Assembly (NCBI GenBank): GCA_963664395.2 | Contig: OY761159.2 | Coordinates: 4,352,001 to 4,416,000 of the forward strand | DNA: 64,000 nt | Source of the DNA: Candidatus Binatia bacterium | GTDB taxonomy: Bacteria > Desulfobacterota > Binatia > Bin18 | Reading direction: 5' to 3' | Shown: positions 58,731 through 64,000 of the stretch, in pieces | Layout: each line of letters opens with the position of its first letter | Numbering within the stretch: the first letter of the stretch is position 1 | Translations under genes and position numbers: made by a program | The notes under the pieces: model-generated | Databases searched by the model: none | Seen by the model: the letters and a program-made list of their open reading frames with translations, nothing else | Told to the model about the DNA's origin: nothing

Positions 58731-59315
58731 GTGGCGTTGATTTCTCAATTGGGAACTATTCTGAGGGAAAAGTTTATTCAACAACGGAGAGCGCCACGTG
58801 GCTCTGTCACCCTTGAAGACAGCCAATCGGATATGGAGGTGAAGCTTATCCGTGTCCCCATGCCTTTTCTGGCCATCCCCATGAGTAGCGAGCCTATAAG
58901 AGGCAAGCGGACAAATCTCGACCCCTCACATCTGCCAGCTTTACAGGATCGTAGCGACTTGAAAAAAATATGTGACTATCTGTTGATTGGTCAATCGGAT
59001 GGCAACGATTACGCGATCTTTGTCGAATTGAAGAAGACGCTGCGAGAAGAAGAGGACAAGCCCAAGGAGCAGCTACGGCGCTCACTGCCGATCTTGGACT
59101 ATCTGCTTTCCGTGTGCGCCGTTGAATACGGCAGCCGGGGACATAATCTGACGATACGTTATATCCTGATTGCTGAACAGTCGATCAACACGCTCAATAA
59201 ACAAAGAGTTCAAGGCGAGGAAGCAGAAAAAGTGCAAGAGCAAACATACAAGTCCACACAGATAACGACCTTCGTAGGAACATCTATGCATTTTGCAACT
59301 TTGATAGGGAACTGA
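58731..59315 (+). CDS. Hypothetical protein, putative PD-(D/E)XK nuclease
   Basis: CDYLLI...IFVELK...EQL; starts 1 bp after the ATPase stop. Confidence 0.7.
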   Translation: MALISQLGTILREKFIQQRRAPRGSVTLEDSQSDMEVKLIRVPMPFLAIPMSSEPIRGKRTNLDPSHLPALQDRSDLKKICDYLLIGQSDGNDYAIFVELKKTLREEEDKPKEQLRRSLPILDYLLSVCAVEYGSRGHNLTIRYILIAEQSINTLNKQRVQGEEAEKVQEQTYKSTQITTFVGTSMHFATLIGN

Positions 59316-59350
59316 ACTACTCCTCGTTATTCCCCCCCCGAGACAACCCT

Positions 59351-62137
59351 ATGCCACGAAACTCCCTCATCATTAACTCACCCTACGACAAGCCACAGCA
59401 ACATTGGGCGCAGGACGAACGGGGACGAGTGTTAGAAGTCGTACCCGGCCGTCGTGAGGCTGGGTATGAGATCATTGATACACGCAACAACACCCGTCGC
59501 GTCGAAGAACTGGAGCTGGTCAACCGTATTCGTCCCCGTGTGGATGAATGGCGAGAGGCCGGCTATCCCGGTGTGACCAGCGTGTCTCGTCGCTTGCTCG
59601 AACATTGGCACGACCGCGAGGCACGCCAGTTGCCGTTCTACTTCTGCCAACTCGAAGCCATCGAAACGTTGATCTGGTGGGTAGAAGGACCACAGGAATA
59701 TCAGCAAGGCATTAACCTGCCCGGCGACGGCGGCCCCTGGGAGCGGATTTGCAATAAGATGGCAACCGGGTCCGGGAAGACCACGCTCATGGGCCTTATC
59801 ATTACCTGGCAAGTGTTGAATGCCCTGACCTATCCCAAGCGCAAAGAATTCTCCCAAACCATTTTCATTGTCGCACCGGGTCTGACCGTCAAGGAGCGCT
59901 TGCAAGTGCTCTATCCGGGCCATGAAAGGAATGTGTATGACGAGTTCCGTCTGTGTCCGAATGAGGCGTTGCGTCAGAAGGTCAATCAGGCCGTCCTGCT
60001 GGTGGAGAACTGGCACAGCCTCATGCCACTCAAGGAGCCGGACCGCTCCGTTGTCAAAAAGGGAGCGGAAAGCGATGAGGCTTTTACGCGGCGCGTATTA
60101 GGCAAGCTGGCCGGCTACAAGAATCTCGTGGTTATCAATGACGAAGCACACCATGCCTACCGCCAGCGGGCCGAGGTCAAAGTCAGTAAAAAAGAAGCCC
60201 AGGAATTCGGCATTGATCTGGAAGAAGCCACCCGCTGGATAGAAGGGCTCGACCGTATCCACAAGACCCGACAGATTCGCCGCTGCTTTGACCTCTCGGC
60301 GACCCCCTTTGCCCCAACCGGAAAGAAGTCCACAGAAAAGGGGCTGTTCGATTGGATCGTTTCCGACTTTGGTCTGAATGACGCCATCGAAGCAGGATTA
60401 GTCAAGACTCCGCGCGTGGTTGTCCGCGACGACGCGCTCGCCAATGCCCAAACTTATCGGAGCAAGCTCTATCACCTCTATAACGAAGCGGAAGTGAAGG
60501 AGGACCTCAATCGGAAGGCCGAACCGCACGAACCGTTACCCGATTTGGTACAGAAAGCCTATGCGCTTTTGGCTTACGATTGGCGTGAGATAGCCAAGGA
60601 CTGGAAGGAAGAGGGGCACGAGACACCACCGGTCCTACTGACGGTCTGCAACCGGACGGAGAGCGCCGCCCGTCTTGAGCGCTTCTTTAACGATGGGGAC
60701 TGCCTCATTACTGAGACGCAAAATCCTGAGAAGACTCTGCGGGTTGATTCTCGGGTGTTGGAAAAAGCCGAACGTGGTGAATCGATCACAAAAAATAAAG
60801 ACTATGCTGAACGGCTGGAGGCCATCCTAAATGCTTCCGGGTTGCCTGATGATAAACGCGAAGAGCTGTTACATGCCAAACAGGAAGAGCAGTTACGTGC
60901 CATCGTCGATAGTGTTGGCAAACGGGGGAAACCTGGACAGCAACTCCAGAATGTTATCTCTGTCGCCATGCTGTCGGAAGGCTGGGATGCGGCGAATGTG
61001 ACCCACATCATGGGACTGCGAGCTTTTACGAGTCAGTTGCTCTGCGAGCAGGTCATTGGCCGGGGGCTGCGGCGAGTGTCGTATGAGCGCGATGAAGACG
61101 GATTATTCTTGCCGGAATACGTCAATGTCTTTGGCGTGCCGTTGTCTATCTTTCAGGACGTTGGAGAAGGGGGAGTCGTCCCGCCCCCGCCAAAACCCAG
61201 CGTGCAGGTTGAAGTCGTTCCCGGACGTAATCAGTACGAAATCCGCTGGCCGAATGTGGCGCGTATAGAAACGGTGCTGCGTCCGACATTGGTCGTGGAT
61301 TGGGACACGGTAGAACCACTGACCTTAGACCCCATGCAAACACCCATCTCGGCGGAAGTAGCTCCGTCTCTCGCGGGTCAGGCGGACTTGTCCAAGGTGA
61401 GCGCTATTGACCTGGAACAGGCGGTTGAGGAGTTCCGACTGCAAAACCTGATCTTTCGGGCGGCCCGCAAGCTCTATGTTCAGAGTGCGGACACGTTCTC
61501 AGGGGATATGCAGTACTTGGCGGTGCAACTGATTCGGATCGTGGAAGCGTTTCTGAGCAGCAACAGGCTCCACATCCCCAGCCTGTGGCATCAAGACCCG
61601 GTGCGTCGTCGCATCCTGGTGGCGCTGAATATGGACACCGTGGTCGGCCATATCAGCCGCTTCATGCAAAAGCAGAATGCCGAGCAATTGCAGGTCTGCT
61701 TTGACCCGGACCAGGCGATTGGCTCAACCGCCTCTATGCGGACCTGGTACACCACAAAACCGTGCCAAGCCACGATGAGGTCGCACATCAGTCACGCCGT
61801 GTCCGACAGTGTGTGGGAGAAGGCGGTTGCGGATATATGTGAAAAAGAGCCGTCTATCTCGGCTTGGGTCAAGAATGACCATCTGGATTTTAAGGTCCGG
61901 TATCTGTATCGGGGCTCATCCCGCAACTTTGTGCCGGATTATTTGATCCGTCTGAATAATGGAAAGACCTTGGTGCTCGAAATCAAAGGCCAGGACAGCG
62001 AGCAGAACCGGGCGAAACGAGCGGCTATGGACACCTGGATTCAGGCGGTGAATGAGCAGGGCGGTTTTGGACAGTGGAGTTTTGCGGTGGTGTTCGAGCC
62101 GGCAAGGATTCGAGACGCGGTGATGGCGCATCTGTAG
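59351..62137 (+). CDS. res: Type III RM restriction endonuclease
   Basis: MATGSGKT, DEAHH, SATP, EGWD, QVIGRGLRR, PDYLI...LEIKG. Confidence 0.94.
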   Translation: MPRNSLIINSPYDKPQQHWAQDERGRVLEVVPGRREAGYEIIDTRNNTRRVEELELVNRIRPRVDEWREAGYPGVTSVSRRLLEHWHDREARQLPFYFCQLEAIETLIWWVEGPQEYQQGINLPGDGGPWERICNKMATGSGKTTLMGLIITWQVLNALTYPKRKEFSQTIFIVAPGLTVKERLQVLYPGHERNVYDEFRLCPNEALRQKVNQAVLLVENWHSLMPLKEPDRSVVKKGAESDEAFTRRVLGKLAGYKNLVVINDEAHHAYRQRAEVKVSKKEAQEFGIDLEEATRWIEGLDRIHKTRQIRRCFDLSATPFAPTGKKSTEKGLFDWIVSDFGLNDAIEAGLVKTPRVVVRDDALANAQTYRSKLYHLYNEAEVKEDLNRKAEPHEPLPDLVQKAYALLAYDWREIAKDWKEEGHETPPVLLTVCNRTESAARLERFFNDGDCLITETQNPEKTLRVDSRVLEKAERGESITKNKDYAERLEAILNASGLPDDKREELLHAKQEEQLRAIVDSVGKRGKPGQQLQNVISVAMLSEGWDAANVTHIMGLRAFTSQLLCEQVIGRGLRRVSYERDEDGLFLPEYVNVFGVPLSIFQDVGEGGVVPPPPKPSVQVEVVPGRNQYEIRWPNVARIETVLRPTLVVDWDTVEPLTLDPMQTPISAEVAPSLAGQADLSKVSAIDLEQAVEEFRLQNLIFRAARKLYVQSADTFSGDMQYLAVQLIRIVEAFLSSNRLHIPSLWHQDPVRRRILVALNMDTVVGHISRFMQKQNAEQLQVCFDPDQAIGSTASMRTWYTTKPCQATMRSHISHAVSDSVWEKAVADICEKEPSISAWVKNDHLDFKVRYLYRGSSRNFVPDYLIRLNNGKTLVLEIKGQDSEQNRAKRAAMDTWIQAVNEQGGFGQWSFAVVFEPARIRDAVMAHL

Positions 62138-62182
62138 GCGTCGTAAAGGATAGTGGCTTCAACGAGACAACATGTGGCATGC

Positions 62183-63391
62183 CTAGGTCGTATACGCCGA
62201 GTTGAAGTGGACGTAGCCGGTGGACAGGTCGGAGGTAACGACATGGGCGCGGCCCCGACCCAGGTGCAGGTGGATGTCTATGCTGAACTCGGCCTGCTGC
62301 ATGACCCGCGCAGCCCGTTTTTCGTTGCGCGGCCCGGTGCTCATGCCGTTGCGGCCGATGGGGACATCGCCAACACTGATAGCCAGCCGGTCCTGATCGA
62401 GTTGCGCGCCGGCATAGCCAACCGCACAGGCAATCCGGCCCCAATTCGGGTCGCCCCCGAAAAATGCCGTTTTTACCAGGGGTGAATAGGCAATGCTGCG
62501 GGCGACTCTTTCCGCGTCCGCAGTATTTTTTGCGCCGTTGACGTAGATATCGACAACCTTGGTAGCGCCCTCCCCGTCTTTCACGCACATGCGGGCCAGG
62601 CTGCACAGCACTTCGCGGACTGCGTCTCGAAAGGCTGCGTACCCGCGGCCGCGCGGCGTGAGTTCCCGGTTCCCGGCCTGACCATTGGCCAGTAACACCA
62701 AAGTATCGTTCGTACTGGTATCGCCGTCTACGGAAATTGCGTTAAAGGAGTCGGGTAAGGTCTCGTCAAGCACACGCTGGAGCGCCGACCGCTGCACGGC
62801 CGCATCCGTACACACGTAGCACAGCATAGTGGCCATATTGGGATTAATCATCCCCGCTCCTTTGGCCATGCCGGCAATCGAGATGGTTTTTCCGTTCAAC
62901 GCTACCCGCCTGGTCGCGACTTTGGGAAAGGCGTCGGTTGTCATGATTCCAGCCACAGCATTCCAAAAGCCGCGGGGCGACAGGCTGCCGGCCGCATGGC
63001 GAATACCGGTCTGTATATTCTTCCACTTGGGGAGAACGCCAATGACGCCGGTAGAGGAAGGCAGGACAAGCTGCGGGTCCATATTGAGTTCACGTCCAAC
63101 CAAGGCACATGTATCGTGCGCCAGCTTGAGCCCGGGCCGTGCAGTCGAAGCATTTGCATTTCCGCTATTGACCACAATGGCCTGCAAACGCCCGTTCCGG
63201 ATGCGCTCTTCACCGATGAGAACCGGCGCCGCTTTGACTTGGTTGGTGGTAAACGCGGCAACCGCTGTCGCCGGGACCTCAGACATGAGGAGCGACAAGT
63301 CTTTTTTGCCACTTGGCTTAAGCCCACACGCAACACCGGAAAATCGAAAGCCGGGAATAACGATGGGAGCCTTTTTGACTGTAACCCTCAT
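62183..63391 (-). CDS. argJ: Bifunctional ornithine acetyltransferase
   Basis: NSGNANA, IMTTD, KGAGMINPNMATML, DTSTND, DGEGATK. Confidence 0.97.
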   Translation of the reverse strand: MRVTVKKAPIVIPGFRFSGVACGLKPSGKKDLSLLMSEVPATAVAAFTTNQVKAAPVLIGEERIRNGRLQAIVVNSGNANASTARPGLKLAHDTCALVGRELNMDPQLVLPSSTGVIGVLPKWKNIQTGIRHAAGSLSPRGFWNAVAGIMTTDAFPKVATRRVALNGKTISIAGMAKGAGMINPNMATMLCYVCTDAAVQRSALQRVLDETLPDSFNAISVDGDTSTNDTLVLLANGQAGNRELTPRGRGYAAFRDAVREVLCSLARMCVKDGEGATKVVDIYVNGAKNTADAERVARSIAYSPLVKTAFFGGDPNWGRIACAVGYAGAQLDQDRLAISVGDVPIGRNGMSTGPRNEKRAARVMQQAEFSIDIHLHLGRGRAHVVTSDLSTGYVHFNSAYTT

Positions 63392-63418
63392 ATTGACGTT
63401 ACTGGATCATGCGGCCGT

Positions 63419-64000
63419 TCAGGCGCCATGACATTTTTTATACTTTTTGCCACTGCCGCACGGACAGGGATCATTCCGACCAACCTTGGGCGTATCCCGT
63501 ATGGCTTGGACGGGCTTTTCCGCCTGCGGTGGTGCGACCGGTCCCCCATGTTGCGCGTGTACGGGTCGCGTTGCCGTCTGTTGGAGCGCGACCGGGCCAG
63601 TATGATGCATCTGCATGGGCGGGTGTGAGGACTGCCCTTCCTCCAGCCGCTGTACATCTTCCTGGCGCGCCACCTGGACGCTATAGAGCTTTTCGACGAC
63701 ATCTTCCTGCATGCGACGGGAGAGGTCGTCGAAGAGAGCAAACGCCTCCTTCTTGTACTCTTGGAGGGGGTTTTTCTGACCGTAGCCGCGCAGACCAATC
63801 CCCTCCTTGAGGTGGTCCATGGCAAAGAGGTGATCTTTCCACAGACTGTCCATGGTTTGCAGCATAATCACCTTTTCGAGATAGCGCATAACCGGTGAGG
63901 TAAAAGCCTGCTCCCGCTCTTCATAGTGCTGCAGTGTCCGGTCTCGTACGAGCCCGTGGAGTTCTTCTGTCGTCAGCTCTTCTTGCTGTTCCTCACTCAA
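63419..64000 (-). CDS. secA: Preprotein translocase SecA, C-terminal part (runs off the right edge)
   Basis: [32 protein letters not shown]; SEC-C motif [19 protein letters not shown]. Confidence 0.98.
   Translation of the reverse strand: MSEEQQEELTTEELHGLVRDRTLQHYEEREQAFTSPVMRYLEKVIMLQTMDSLWKDHLFAMDHLKEGIGLRGYGQKNPLQEYKKEAFALFDDLSRRMQEDVVEKLYSVQVARQEDVQRLEEGQSSHPPMQMHHTGPVALQQTATRPVHAQHGGPVAPPQAEKPVQAIRDTPKVGRNDPCPCGSGKKYKKCHGA

Noticed and set aside
54362-62182. Type III RM block as a defined mobile element
   Set aside because: No flanking repeats, transposase or integrase visible; treated as accessory genes only.

Overview
A GC-rich bacterial chromosomal segment. The gene content suggests a deltaproteobacterial/Binatia-like organism, but that is inference only. 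The backbone carries acyl-CoA metabolism genes (crotonases, CoA-transferase, acyl-CoA dehydrogenase), a sirtuin, trmI, pterin enzymes, a two-component locus, a MoxR/VWA pair, a b6-type Rieske/cytochrome b operon with an octaheme cytochrome c, and serS, gatCAB, argJ and the 3' end of secA. There are three accessory regions. (1) A ~12.2 kb integrase-less island in tRNA-Ser(TGA), bounded by a 20-bp att repeat, encodes a DnaB-N/AAA_25 helicase, a DUF3800-like protein, a type I RM system and a NACHT NTPase, and is followed by the stump of a second island. (2) A type III RM locus has an ABC-ATPase plus putative nuclease pair inserted between mod and res. (3) A vapBC pair sits beside an hsdR fragment. 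Signals the ORF track misses include two tiny single-TM ORFs inside the cytochrome b6 operon, a probable chromosomal dif site at 40825 with a KOPS polarity switch, an inverted pair of dif-like sites in the island, a decayed ttuB-ttuA relic upstream of trmI, a 22-bp inverted-repeat element beside a candidate structured RNA, and a 13-bp tandem repeat between gatC and gatA. All calls come from reading motifs by eye; no database searches were run.
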